A stretch of DNA of 64,000 bases from Polyangiaceae bacterium (GTDB lineage: Bacteria; Myxococcota_A; Polyangia; Polyangiales; Polyangiaceae), in contig JBILLK010000004.1 in NCBI GenBank assembly GCA_044376115.1, forward strand, positions 1 through 64,000, written 5' to 3'. Positions within the stretch are counted from its first letter, which is position 1, and every line of letters begins with the position of its first letter. Below, one piece after another: positions 1-9,052 of this stretch. The notes beneath the pieces are model-generated. The model searched no databases, had not been told where the DNA came from, and worked only from the letters and a program-made list of their open reading frames with translations. The position numbers and the translations under genes were made by a program.

Positions 1-192
1 GGCTTCGGTGGTCCCCCTCCGGGCGGTGGCTTCGGTGGTCCCCCTCCGGGCGGTGACTTCGGTGGTCCTCCGGGTGGCGGCTTCGGTGGTCCTCCTCCGG
101 GCGGCGGCTTCGGTGGTCCCCCTCCGGGCGGTGGCTTCGGTGGTCCCCCTCCGGGCGGCGGCTTCGGTGGTCCCCCTCCGGGCGGTGACTTC
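1..192 (+). repeat. Coding tandem repeat, ~27-bp unit (GGCTTCGGTGGTCCCCCTCCGGGCGGT) encoding GFGGPPPGG, about 7 copies visible
   Basis: Read directly; variation is mostly synonymous, with one 24-bp unit and G>D variants. Confidence 0.9.
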
Positions 193-777
193 AATCAGAT
201 CCCGCCCATGGGCGGCCCGATGAATCAGCCCCCGCCGCAAGATCCTTACGGCGGCGGTGGGTTCGGCCAGCAGCAACAGCAGGGCTTCGGTGGTCCTCCC
301 CCAGGAGGGCAACCGGGTGGCCAGTTCGGTGCTCTTGGGCCGGCAGCAGGCGGCATGATGGCCTCCGCCATGGGCGGCGGCGGTCCCGGACCGCAGAAGC
401 GCAACCCGATCATGACCCTGCTCATCCCGTGGGGCATCATGGTCGTCTCGAGCATCGCCTTCAGCACGATCGCTGGCATCACGGGCGTCTACGCGCTCGC
501 GTATCTCGGGCAACTTGGGCAGATCGCAGGTCTCGTGATTTCGGGCATGTTCCTGAACAAGATGTTGGGCGAGCTCAAGTCAGTGACTGGAGACACAGAG
601 ATCACACCGATCATGATGTGGATTCCGGGCCTCAACAACATCATGGCCTTCCTCAAGGTTCACCCGCTGATGGAGCGTGCTCGTCAACAGCGCGGCCTCC
701 AACCGGCCAAGCCGAACTGGATGTACTTGATCGTCCCGTTGTTCGCGTTCTCGTCCGACCTGAACGATCTCGCCTGA
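1..777 (+). CDS. Gly/Pro-rich membrane protein with C-terminal DUF4234-like domain (5' end outside window)
   Basis: Frame 1 is open from base 1 (GFGGPPPGG repeats) into ORF 208..777; C-terminus has KRNPIMTLLIP and several hydrophobic segments; sits next to a DUF2752 gene, a common pairing. Confidence 0.65.
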   Translation, partial: GFGGPPPGGGFGGPPPGGDFGGPPGGGFGGPPPGGGFGGPPPGGGFGGPPPGGGFGGPPPGGDFNQIPPMGGPMNQPPPQDPYGGGGFGQQQQQGFGGPPPGGQPGGQFGALGPAAGGMMASAMGGGGPGPQKRNPIMTLLIPWGIMVVSSIAFSTIAGITGVYALAYLGQLGQIAGLVISGMFLNKMLGELKSVTGDTEITPIMMWIPGLNNIMAFLKVHPLMERARQQRGLQPAKPNWMYLIVPLFAFSSDLNDLA

Positions 778-798
778 GCTGATTGCAGCCAGTCGAGT

Positions 799-834
799 GA
801 AGAGGCAGCCTCCGTTGGCTGCCTCTTCGTTTTT
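799..834 (+). terminator. Rho-independent terminator
   Basis: Perfect 12-bp stem GAAGAGGCAGCC / GGCTGCCTCTTC, 6-nt loop, followed by GTTTTT, about 20 bp after the stop at 777. Confidence 0.85.
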
Positions 835-850
835 GTCCTTGCGGCTCGTC

Positions 851-1270
851 ATGCAAGCTCAAGCAACCTTTCGCTCACGACGCAGTCTCGCCCAACGATT
901 GGCAATCGTTGGAGCGTTGCTCGGTGCTTTGGCGGCGCTGCTTTCGAGCAGTCTGAAGCTATGCCCTGTGGCCGCCACCGTTCATCAGCCATGCCCGGGT
1001 TGTGGGCTGACGCGAGCCACTCTTGCGATCGCCCACTTTGACTTTGGTCGAGCCTGGGAGATGCATCCGTTCGCCTTTCTTTTGAGTCCGCTGCTCGTTG
1101 CGGCCGCAGCGTTCGCAACGGTTAGCTACGTGCGCGATGGCGACGCCCGCCTCCCAGCGTGGTTCGCGGCTCGGTTCCAATGGCTAGGCGCATTGTTGCT
1201 ACTAGCGATGGTTCCGTTCTGGCTCGCGCGCTTCTGGGGCTTTCATGGCGGACCTGTGTTCGTGCCTTGA
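851..1270 (+). CDS. DUF2752 family membrane protein
   Basis: CP...PCPGCGLTRA...HP motif and TM helices; ATG 851 preferred because 797 lies in the terminator. Confidence 0.85.
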   Translation: MQAQATFRSRRSLAQRLAIVGALLGALAALLSSSLKLCPVAATVHQPCPGCGLTRATLAIAHFDFGRAWEMHPFAFLLSPLLVAAAAFATVSYVRDGDARLPAWFAARFQWLGALLLLAMVPFWLARFWGFHGGPVFVP

Positions 1271-2335
1271 CCCGACGTACAAAGATGCTGGCCGGATCAG
1301 CCTACCCTTTCGCCTTTGCTCTGCCACGTGAGCACACCACCCAGGTGTGCGGCCGACGGCGAACGTCGAGGCAAAGGCCCAGCGCGGAAGGCCGATCGTG
1401 TCGAGCAAGACGGCCGTGTAGAACTCGACGTTGGTCTGCAAAGACCGGTTGGGGTACTTGCGCTTCAGCGCAATAGCAGCGGCCTGCTCCACGAGCTTCG
1501 CTGTAGCCAGACGAGGCGCTACGACGCCAGCGGCAGCGAGCTTCGAGAGCGCGCGCTCGAGCACGAACGCTCGCGGATCTCGCGTTTTGTAGATGCGATG
1601 GCCCATCCCCATGATGCGGCGCCCCTGTTCGAGTTCGGCGGCGAGCCAGGCTTCCGCGTCTCCCGACGCCTGCACTGCGTCCAACATATCGAGCACGGGC
1701 CCAGGCGCACCGCCATGCAACGGACCTTTGAGAGCGCCGATCCCAGCGGTGACAGCGCTGACCAGATCGGAGCCGGTGGATGCGACCACACGGGCGGCAA
1801 ACGTGGAGGCATTCAAGCCGTGATCGATCACGCTCACCCAATAAGTGTTGAGCGCCGCGACCTTCTCGGCGCTGGCTTCCCCGAGGATCAGCTGCAGGTA
1901 GTCCTCCGCCATCGAGACTGTGGCTCGCGGGCGCAACGGCGCGAGCCCCAGTCGTGCACGCGTCCACATGGCGGCAAACACGAGCACCGCAGCGATCACA
2001 CGCACGGGCTTCTCCTGGTCGCCACCCAACGCTGCGATTGACCCGCGCAGCGCAGCCATTCCATCGGTGGCTGCGTCATCGAGTTGCCATCGGGCGCTGG
2101 CAAAGACCTCGCAACGCGCCTCGGCGAGCTCACGAATCAGCGCTTGTTCGCGGGCTTCACTGGGCGGCGAACCATCGAGCAGCAGCGCGATCACCCATTC
2201 GAAGCTGCGTTCTCCTGCCAGCTGCTCGAGCGCAAAACCGCCAATCGTCAAGCGACCCGCCTCCCCCTCGACATCCGAGAGTTCGGTTTCCGCGACCACA
2301 ATTCCTTCGAGACCATCGTTGAGTTTGCCTGACAT
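1202..2335 (-). CDS. Citrate synthase / methylcitrate synthase (B. subtilis CitA-like, NVEFY type)
   Basis: GLEGIVVAET, DHGLNASTF, GPLHGGA, GMGHRIYKTRDPRA, NVEFY; AAGGAG RBS before ATG 2335. Confidence 0.92.
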   Translation of the reverse strand: MSGKLNDGLEGIVVAETELSDVEGEAGRLTIGGFALEQLAGERSFEWVIALLLDGSPPSEAREQALIRELAEARCEVFASARWQLDDAATDGMAALRGSIAALGGDQEKPVRVIAAVLVFAAMWTRARLGLAPLRPRATVSMAEDYLQLILGEASAEKVAALNTYWVSVIDHGLNASTFAARVVASTGSDLVSAVTAGIGALKGPLHGGAPGPVLDMLDAVQASGDAEAWLAAELEQGRRIMGMGHRIYKTRDPRAFVLERALSKLAAAGVVAPRLATAKLVEQAAAIALKRKYPNRSLQTNVEFYTAVLLDTIGLPRWAFASTFAVGRTPGWCAHVAEQRRKGRLIRPASLYVGSRHEHRSAMKAPEAREPERNHR

Positions 2336-2361
2336 GGTGTGAGTTCTCCTTGGGGAGTAAG

Positions 2362-3576
2362 GTGGAGGCTGTGGTCCGACCAATCAATATTGATTCAACA
2401 ATCAATCAACGCGAGTTCATCGACTCCGCTACCGCCGCTAGCAGGCTTGGGATCAAGTTACCCACGCTCTATGCCTACGTGAGCCGAGGGCTGCTCTCGA
2501 GCGCGGGCGCGTCGAGAGCGGGCGGGCACATCTACCGGCTCTCAGACGTCGAGCGCCTCGCCGAACGGGTCCGTGCTCGCCGCGGACATGCAGCGGTCGC
2601 GGTGCACGCGCTGCGTTTCGGTGACCCGGTGCTTTCGAGCGAGCTCACCAAGGTCCACACCGACGGCCCGCACTATCGCGGCGAGTCGGCGGTCGCGCTG
2701 GTCTCGCGCAAAGCCTCGTTCGAGGAAGTCGTACAACTGCTTTGGGGCGCACCAAAGCCGAGCGCCGCCGGATTGCGCAGCGCGCCCAGTATGACAGCCG
2801 CTTTGCGCGCAGCTCGTGGTCGCGCTGGCGACGGGCTCGGCCGTCTGCTGCGCGTGACCACGCGGCTCGCAACCACGTCGGAACACGCCTGGCAGCCGCT
2901 CGAGTTCATTCAGCTCGCCGCCAGGTTTGGTGGGCTCAGGATCGTCAAGCGCGCCAAGTCGATCGCGGCGACGGTAGCTGACGCGTTCGACCTCCCTGCG
3001 TCCAGCGCGACGCACGCGGCGCTTGAAGCTGCGTTGGTCTTGCTCGCTGACCACGAGCTCAACGCTTCAACCTTTGCTTGCCGTGTGGCGGCCTCCACCG
3101 GTGCTCGCGAAGAGGTTGCGTTGCTTGCCGGCTTAGCTGCGCTAACTGGCCCGAAGCACGGCACCGCTTCCTCGTTGGTATTGGCGTTTCTGCAGCAGTC
3201 CAAGGGCATCCAGCCGCGCAAACTAGTGCAGACGCTGAACGTAACCGGCCAAGCTCTGCCCGGCTTTTCGCATCCGCTCTACCCGCAAGGCGACCCGCGC
3301 TTCCCCCCGCTGTTCACTGCTGCGCAGCAGCTCGCGCCACGCGCGACGACGCTAAAGCGAGTTCAAACCTTGATGCACGAAGCGGCCAGGTTGCGGGACG
3401 AGCGGCCCAATGTCGACTTGGGCCTGGCAGCACTCACCCTCGCCCTTGGAGCGCCGCCTGAACTAGCACCGTTCTTGTTCGCGATCGGACGCATGGCCGG
3501 TTGGTTTGCGCACGCGCGCGAGCAAAGGGAGCAAGGCGTGCTGCTGCGGCCGCGAGCCCGCTACACCGGCCGGTAG
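2362..3576 (+). CDS. HTH-domain citrate synthase-like protein (putative regulator)
   Basis: N-terminal MerR/excisionase-type HTH (AASRLGIKLPTLYAYVSRGLL) fused to a CS fold (DHELNASTF, GPKHG, GFSHPLY..GDPR, NVD); start uncertain (2350/2362/2371). Confidence 0.85.
   Translation: MEAVVRPINIDSTINQREFIDSATAASRLGIKLPTLYAYVSRGLLSSAGASRAGGHIYRLSDVERLAERVRARRGHAAVAVHALRFGDPVLSSELTKVHTDGPHYRGESAVALVSRKASFEEVVQLLWGAPKPSAAGLRSAPSMTAALRAARGRAGDGLGRLLRVTTRLATTSEHAWQPLEFIQLAARFGGLRIVKRAKSIAATVADAFDLPASSATHAALEAALVLLADHELNASTFACRVAASTGAREEVALLAGLAALTGPKHGTASSLVLAFLQQSKGIQPRKLVQTLNVTGQALPGFSHPLYPQGDPRFPPLFTAAQQLAPRATTLKRVQTLMHEAARLRDERPNVDLGLAALTLALGAPPELAPFLFAIGRMAGWFAHAREQREQGVLLRPRARYTGR
2382..2410. promoter_or_regulatory. 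Putative operator: AATCAAT boxes
   Basis: Perfect palindrome AATCAATATTGATT (2382-2395) overlapping ATTGATT-N4-AATCAAT (2389-2406); an AT-rich island about 47-70 bp upstream of the citrate synthase start. Confidence 0.6.
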
Positions 3577-4011
3577 TTAGGGGCCCGCGCCGCCGCCGCC
3601 CGTGGCCGATGCCCCCGCCGACCCGCCCGTAGCCGAGCCGGAGGAACCACCTGTCGCGGCACCCCCACCCAGCTCCGGATCATCACAACCATCTCGCTCG
3701 GGCCGGCAGCCCTCACAATCGGTTGCGTCGGAGCTGCAGCGATACTGCCCAGTGACTTGCCACTCCTCACCGCAAACGTCTTCGGTACCGCAAACGCGGT
3801 ACTCCACCGTTTTGCCATCGGCGCATTGAGCGATGATCCCATCACGGCAGGCATTGATGCGGCCGCATTCGAGTAGCGCGCAGGTGGCGTCCGGCCCCTC
3901 TTGATTGGTGAGCGAGCAGTGCCCGCCGGCGACGCCGATGAACAAGGCTGAGAGCAAGGCCAGCCCTCGGCACCACGACGATTGGCCGTGCAACGAATCA
4001 GTCACCGACAT
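3577..4011 (-). CDS. Small Cys-rich secreted/lipoprotein with Gly/Ser tail
   Basis: GGGAGG RBS, hydrophobic signal, many Cys, GGSSGSATGG tail. Confidence 0.6.
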   Translation of the reverse strand: MSVTDSLHGQSSWCRGLALLSALFIGVAGGHCSLTNQEGPDATCALLECGRINACRDGIIAQCADGKTVEYRVCGTEDVCGEEWQVTGQYRCSSDATDCEGCRPERDGCDDPELGGGAATGGSSGSATGGSAGASATGGGGAGP

Positions 4012-5174
4012 GCCTCCCGCCCACATTGCTCTTTGCAGACGCTGTCATTTACGCAGACCTTCGCACATTCCTTTTTGCAGGCCGTCAGCCCCTTACGCTC
4101 AGCCTCAAGCACAGCCCGCTCAAAGGCTAGCTGCGCGTCGTTTTGTGCCTTCGCACGCGCGTTTTCTCGGGCCGTTCGTGCAGCCTCGATAGCGGGCTGC
4201 AAGTTACCGCTGCTTGCGACTGTGAGACCCGTCCCAGTGAGCAGCTTGCGCGCCTCTGCGCTGTGCAAACCATTGGGGAAGCGGGACAGATAATCTTGTA
4301 CGCCTGCACACGCGGCTTTCGCCTGAGCGCACGCGCTCGCTTCCGCGCTCAGCCAAGCGGCGTCATCGGCCCGCTCGGCCTCCGACTTCATCGCCGCGAG
4401 CAGCGGTTCTACCGGGAACTCCCGTTGGAACCTCTCGTCGATCCATAGCGCCAAGGCTCGCGGGGGCGGACTCATCGCTTGCAGGCGCGGCACGACGGTG
4501 GCGATCAGATCGACGTCATACGGATCATTCGGCCGAGCCATGCCCAAGGACAGGACCTCGCTGCCGATCCGCATGGTCACGTTGTACATCCTGGCCGACT
4601 CAGCACCTCCGCACGGAACATTCTCACGGAGGGTCGGCCCTTGACGCTCGATCGTACGTCGCTCAGCGGTCGTCCCCACCGCGCGTAAGCCGTTGATCAA
4701 GGGCGGTAATGAGGCTGCGAGCCCCACCGAGGTGAGAATCACGCCCGTAGCGATCACGGCGTCTTGACCCGTCGCATTGTACAGCCGCGCGTTCGGATCG
4801 GAGGCGTACACGTTGGGCGCATCAGCCAGAAGACCGGTGCCGGTACCGAGCGGTACCGCGCCGACAAGAGCGAGCAGCGTCAGCAAGGTTACTTCGTCAT
4901 CTCCGAGGTGCTTGTCGGAGATGTCGCTCACCTCGACCGTCTCGAAGGAGACCTCGTCGCAACGCGGTGTCACCTGGATCCGCAGCACCGTTCCGACCAA
5001 CGACGACTCAGCCTGAAAGCGAGACTGGGCCGACACGCGCGGCACGCTGGAGAGGACCTCCTCGGTGGTGCGCACGCGAGTGGTGCGAATGTCCATGCAA
5101 CCAGTGGCTACGAGCAACAGCCCCGCAGAGAAAATCGTAGACGACCAGCGTGAGCCAAGCTTTTTCCGGTGCAT
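4002..5174 (-). CDS. Hypothetical lipoprotein/membrane protein
   Basis: Lipobox ATGC, two hydrophobic segments, YLSRFPNGLHSAEA motif, C-terminal Cys cluster. Confidence 0.65.
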   Translation of the reverse strand: MHRKKLGSRWSSTIFSAGLLLVATGCMDIRTTRVRTTEEVLSSVPRVSAQSRFQAESSLVGTVLRIQVTPRCDEVSFETVEVSDISDKHLGDDEVTLLTLLALVGAVPLGTGTGLLADAPNVYASDPNARLYNATGQDAVIATGVILTSVGLAASLPPLINGLRAVGTTAERRTIERQGPTLRENVPCGGAESARMYNVTMRIGSEVLSLGMARPNDPYDVDLIATVVPRLQAMSPPPRALALWIDERFQREFPVEPLLAAMKSEAERADDAAWLSAEASACAQAKAACAGVQDYLSRFPNGLHSAEARKLLTGTGLTVASSGNLQPAIEAARTARENARAKAQNDAQLAFERAVLEAERKGLTACKKECAKVCVNDSVCKEQCGREACR

Positions 5175-5260
5175 AACAGCCGAGCGAACAACGCGCCTCA
5201 AGCCGGGCAGCTTACATGCTTCGGGCTGGATGTACTAAGGTCGCTGCCAGGAGGCGGCTT

Positions 5261-6853
5261 ATGAGTGACCGTCAACCCCGGGTGCAAACCAACCCGCGGA
5301 TCGCTGCGATTATCGAGGAAGAGGGGCTGTCGACGGAATTCAACGCCGACGTGCGCGCCGAAACGGAGCGTTGGCTAAAGGACCCTCAGCTCGAGGACCC
5401 GCTGCTTTGCGATCTGGAGGCGCTTCCCTTCGTCACGATTGATGGACCAACCTCGACCGACCTCGATCAAGCGCTCTTCATCGAGCGCGCCGGCAGCGGC
5501 TACAAGGTCTACTACGCGTTAGCCGATGCGGCGTTTTACGCACCGCCTGGCAGCGCGCTGTTTCGTGAGGCCCTCAAGCGCGGAGCTACGTATTACCTCC
5601 CCGGCTGCGCCGTACCGATGTTGCCGCATGAGCTCTCCTCCGGAATTACGTCGCTCAATCCGGACGTGCGGCGGCGAGCGCTGGTCTTCCTTACGGAGCT
5701 CGATGAGCGCGGCGAAGTGATCACCACCGTGGTCGAGCGGGCGCGAATCCGAAGTCGACGCAAGATGACCTTCGGTGAAGTGCAAGCTCGCTACGATGCG
5801 GGCGCTGCTGCCGGATCGAGCGACGCGTTTCACGAGAGTTTGGAGCTGCTTCGTGAGGTCGGTGAGAAACGGCTCGCGCTATCGCAATTGGCCGACGTCG
5901 TGCGCTATCGCCGGCGCGAACTGGACGTGAAAGCACCGTCTGGTGCTGCACAAAATCTTGTCGTCGTTGAGGCCGTCCGCGATCGCGTCGAGCTTTACAA
6001 CGAGCAGATCTCGTTGCTGGTCAATCGCGAAGGGGGCCGCCTCTTGTACGAGTCCAAGGACCCGCGCTTGCAGCCGGTGTACCGAGTCCACCCCGCTCCC
6101 GATCCTGAGAAGCTGGAATCGCTGCGGGCGCTTTCGCGCGGGGTGGCCGAGGCCAAGGGTCTGCCAGCCGAAGAGTGGGCGCTCGATCAGCATGAGAAGC
6201 TCTCGCGATTCGTGCAGCGGCTCGCTCAGAATCAGCAGCATCCGCGCGTGGCGCGCGCGCTCGAGCGGCAAGCCATCTTGGTCAACATGCGCAGCGCCCT
6301 ATCGACCGAGCCGGCGGCTCACTTCGGCGTCGGCGCCGAGGTCTACGCGCGCTTCAGCGCACCGATGCGCGAGGTCGTTGGGGTCTTCCTTCACAAGGAG
6401 ATGCTCGAGCTCGTGGGCGCTGAGACGCACGACGACAATGCGGTAGACGTGGCTTTGCGCGAGGAGGTCGTGGTCTCCGCCAACCGTGCGCGAGACACGC
6501 AACGGAAGCTCAACGACAAGGTCAACCGCGCGGCGATGGACGACTTCTTTCGCGCGGATCTGGCGGTGCCCAAAGAATCCCGCAAAGCACACGTGGGTAC
6601 CGTGATGGGCATCACCACGTCCAAACTGCACGTCGAGCTCGACGAGGTAGGCATGGACGTGAAGCTCTACGTGCGCGACCTCGGCCGTTTGCTCGGGGGC
6701 GCTTGGCTGGAGGTCGGTGCGTCCGGCGCAACTTTGCAGATCCGCGGCACGGGCACCCGCGTCTGCGCGTTGGGCGACGCCGTCGAGATCGTCGCGCTCC
6801 ATCATGACGCCGGGCAGGACCGCTGGGTCTTCTCGTTGACGGTAAGGCCGTAG
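5261..6853 (+). CDS. RNB-domain exoribonuclease (RNase II/R family)
   Basis: FVTIDGPTSTDLDQAL, RGATYYLPG..PMLP..LS...SL.P, C-terminal S1-like region; AGGAGG RBS. Confidence 0.88.
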   Translation: MSDRQPRVQTNPRIAAIIEEEGLSTEFNADVRAETERWLKDPQLEDPLLCDLEALPFVTIDGPTSTDLDQALFIERAGSGYKVYYALADAAFYAPPGSALFREALKRGATYYLPGCAVPMLPHELSSGITSLNPDVRRRALVFLTELDERGEVITTVVERARIRSRRKMTFGEVQARYDAGAAAGSSDAFHESLELLREVGEKRLALSQLADVVRYRRRELDVKAPSGAAQNLVVVEAVRDRVELYNEQISLLVNREGGRLLYESKDPRLQPVYRVHPAPDPEKLESLRALSRGVAEAKGLPAEEWALDQHEKLSRFVQRLAQNQQHPRVARALERQAILVNMRSALSTEPAAHFGVGAEVYARFSAPMREVVGVFLHKEMLELVGAETHDDNAVDVALREEVVVSANRARDTQRKLNDKVNRAAMDDFFRADLAVPKESRKAHVGTVMGITTSKLHVELDEVGMDVKLYVRDLGRLLGGAWLEVGASGATLQIRGTGTRVCALGDAVEIVALHHDAGQDRWVFSLTVRP

Positions 6854-6866
6854 GACAAAAGTACGC

Positions 6867-6945
6867 GGCCGGCCGTTCCCGTTGGAACGCCGGCCACTTC
6901 AACCTCGCGTTGACCTCTCAGCCCTTCGGCCCGGAGGTCAACACG
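6867..6945. terminator. Two hairpins between convergent genes (bidirectional terminator or REP-like)
   Basis: GGCCGG.CGTTCC / GGAACGCCGGCC (6867-6895) and GTTGACCTC / GAGGTCAAC (6909-6941). Confidence 0.55.
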
Positions 6946-6962
6946 CAGCGTTCAACAAAGCC

Positions 6963-8987
6963 TCAGAGTTCAACCGAGTAAACGAAGCTCGGCTGCGGGA
7001 AGCGCAGCATGCGCTCCTTGATCACGTCCATGGGGACCTTGGTCCCTTCCTCCACGTGAGCCTTGGCGAGCTTGAGCGCACCTTCTTTGTCTCCCTTGGC
7101 TTTGATCGTTCCTGAGAGCTTCATCAGGGCGATGGCGGCCTCGCGCATCTTGGGTAGGTTGATGCTGAAGGCGCCGACGTCTTTACCGTTGGCAGCCTTC
7201 GCCGCAGGGTCCCACACCAGCGCGCCCTGCTCCATCAGGAAGCCGATCTGAATGGCGGCCAGCTGGCTGTAGGCTTTGCGTTGCCCACCTGCGGTGTACA
7301 TACCGCGCGAGATGTGATTGAGCCCCCACACAACGCTGTCCACTAGCGTCTCGGAGACCTGGGCCTCGGTGAAGACGCCCTTGTCCGCTAGCAGGTACAG
7401 GTAGAAGTATGCGCCCGACTGGGCCTTCAACTCCTCGAGCATCGACGCCAGGTCCCCGCCGAAGGCGGCGCGATCATCCTTGCCGCCAACTTCGTATTCG
7501 TGGCTGGGGCCAAGGTTGTGGGTCGCCTCGTGAAGGACGGTGGAGAGCAGCCCTGCCCCGCCCTGGTTCTTGTAGTGCTTCATCGACTCGGCGCTCAGCA
7601 GGCTCTCGGCCTTGAGCTTGCGTACCGCCATGCTGTCCGGGTCGGTGTAGAGGTTGGTCATCACCACCGTGCGACCGCGGCTCTCCTTCGCCACCTTGCC
7701 CCAATTCGGCAGGCTTTGCCCGACCGTAGCACCCACCGGATCACGGCTGTCCCCAGCGTTGACCACGATGTCGATGAAGTCCGGCAGCTTGAAGGAGACC
7801 TTGTTGGCCTTGTAGGGCGCGCCGATCAACTTGGCCAACTCGTCCTCCATGAACTGCTGATGCTCGGTGAGCTTCTTCTGCAGCTCGAGCGACTCGAGGT
7901 TGATGGTGGCGAAGGACATGTGGAAGCCAGCCTTGTGGCTGCAAGGCTCCCAGTAGGTCTCATCCGGGCCGATGCGCAGGTAGTACTTCGAGTTGGTCGC
8001 GCTCATCTTGGACCAAGCCTCATCCACCGGCTTCCATTCGTTGGTCTCGAAGCCCTTGGCGGCGGCCTCGAGGTACTCGATGAGCGGCTTCTCTTTGTCG
8101 GCGGGCAACGCGGCTGCGGCCTTGCGTAGCGCGGCGGCGACCTTCTTCATCGGCTCGCCGAAGGCCTCTTGGTAACCGACGGCCGAGAGCTTGTCGCCAT
8201 CGGCTTTGACCACGGTGAAGGGCGAAGACAGCTTCTTGAAGTTGTCCTTCGACTCGAGCGACTTGCAGAAATCTGTCTTGGCTTGCAGCTCCGCCGGCCA
8301 CACACCCACCGGCATGGTGGTGGTGCCGTCTTCGAGGGCCGAGCAGCCGGCGTTCTTCTCGAAGGCGGGCGTCTTGCAGCTCGGGCCCCAATTGCGCCGG
8401 AACAGCGACTGGCTCCCCGGGTCCTTTGCGACACGCTGGGCAACGCCGGCGGCGCCTGACTGGATGGCGAACAGCTCGTCGAGCGCTCGTGAAACCTGGA
8501 GCATCTCGGTGATGAACGCTTTATCGGCTGCATCGGCCTTACGCATGTCGGTGTGGACGAGCACGGTATCGGCGGCGTCGAGCTCACCTTGGACCAAGCC
8601 TTCACGGCCGGCCGACTTCGTATTGGAGGCGATGACGAGCTCTTTGTAGGTCTTCTCAAACTCGGGCGTGAACTTCCCGTCCTTCGTCCAGCTTCCAGCC
8701 GTTGGGAAGAACAGCAACGAGGCCACCTCATCCGGGTCGACGGCCTTGTTCTGGTTCTTATCGAGAACCCAGTAGATGGGCGCGTTCAGCCGCGCGGCCG
8801 CGCGATTGAAAGAAGCTCGGTCGAGCTCAGAGTAAGCGGCCTTCGCCTTGGGCTGTGCGCTTGCGGCCGCCTTCGGCTTGGCTGCCGACGAGGAGGGCAG
8901 CGGCGGTGCCCACGTTTTCTGGGAATTCTGTTGTCCCGGTTCACAGCCGAGGGCAAGGAGGGTGGCGGCTACGAGGAGTCGACGCAT
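6963..8987 (-). CDS. Zn-dependent dipeptidyl-peptidase III-like (M49) lipoprotein
   Basis: Lipobox ALGC; HEATH plus downstream EELKA; GQSLPN. Confidence 0.75.
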   Translation of the reverse strand: MRRLLVAATLLALGCEPGQQNSQKTWAPPLPSSSAAKPKAAASAQPKAKAAYSELDRASFNRAAARLNAPIYWVLDKNQNKAVDPDEVASLLFFPTAGSWTKDGKFTPEFEKTYKELVIASNTKSAGREGLVQGELDAADTVLVHTDMRKADAADKAFITEMLQVSRALDELFAIQSGAAGVAQRVAKDPGSQSLFRRNWGPSCKTPAFEKNAGCSALEDGTTTMPVGVWPAELQAKTDFCKSLESKDNFKKLSSPFTVVKADGDKLSAVGYQEAFGEPMKKVAAALRKAAAALPADKEKPLIEYLEAAAKGFETNEWKPVDEAWSKMSATNSKYYLRIGPDETYWEPCSHKAGFHMSFATINLESLELQKKLTEHQQFMEDELAKLIGAPYKANKVSFKLPDFIDIVVNAGDSRDPVGATVGQSLPNWGKVAKESRGRTVVMTNLYTDPDSMAVRKLKAESLLSAESMKHYKNQGGAGLLSTVLHEATHNLGPSHEYEVGGKDDRAAFGGDLASMLEELKAQSGAYFYLYLLADKGVFTEAQVSETLVDSVVWGLNHISRGMYTAGGQRKAYSQLAAIQIGFLMEQGALVWDPAAKAANGKDVGAFSINLPKMREAAIALMKLSGTIKAKGDKEGALKLAKAHVEEGTKVPMDVIKERMLRFPQPSFVYSVEL

Positions 8988-9052
8988 GGCGGCCCAGTTA
9001 CCCCTGCGCCCCGACGCGTTCAACCCGAAACTCGCAGCCGCCTCGGGACGGC

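Noticed and set aside
8..223. ORF with VVPLRAVAS repeats
   Set aside because: Alternative-frame reading of the GFGGPPPGG repeat in frame 1.
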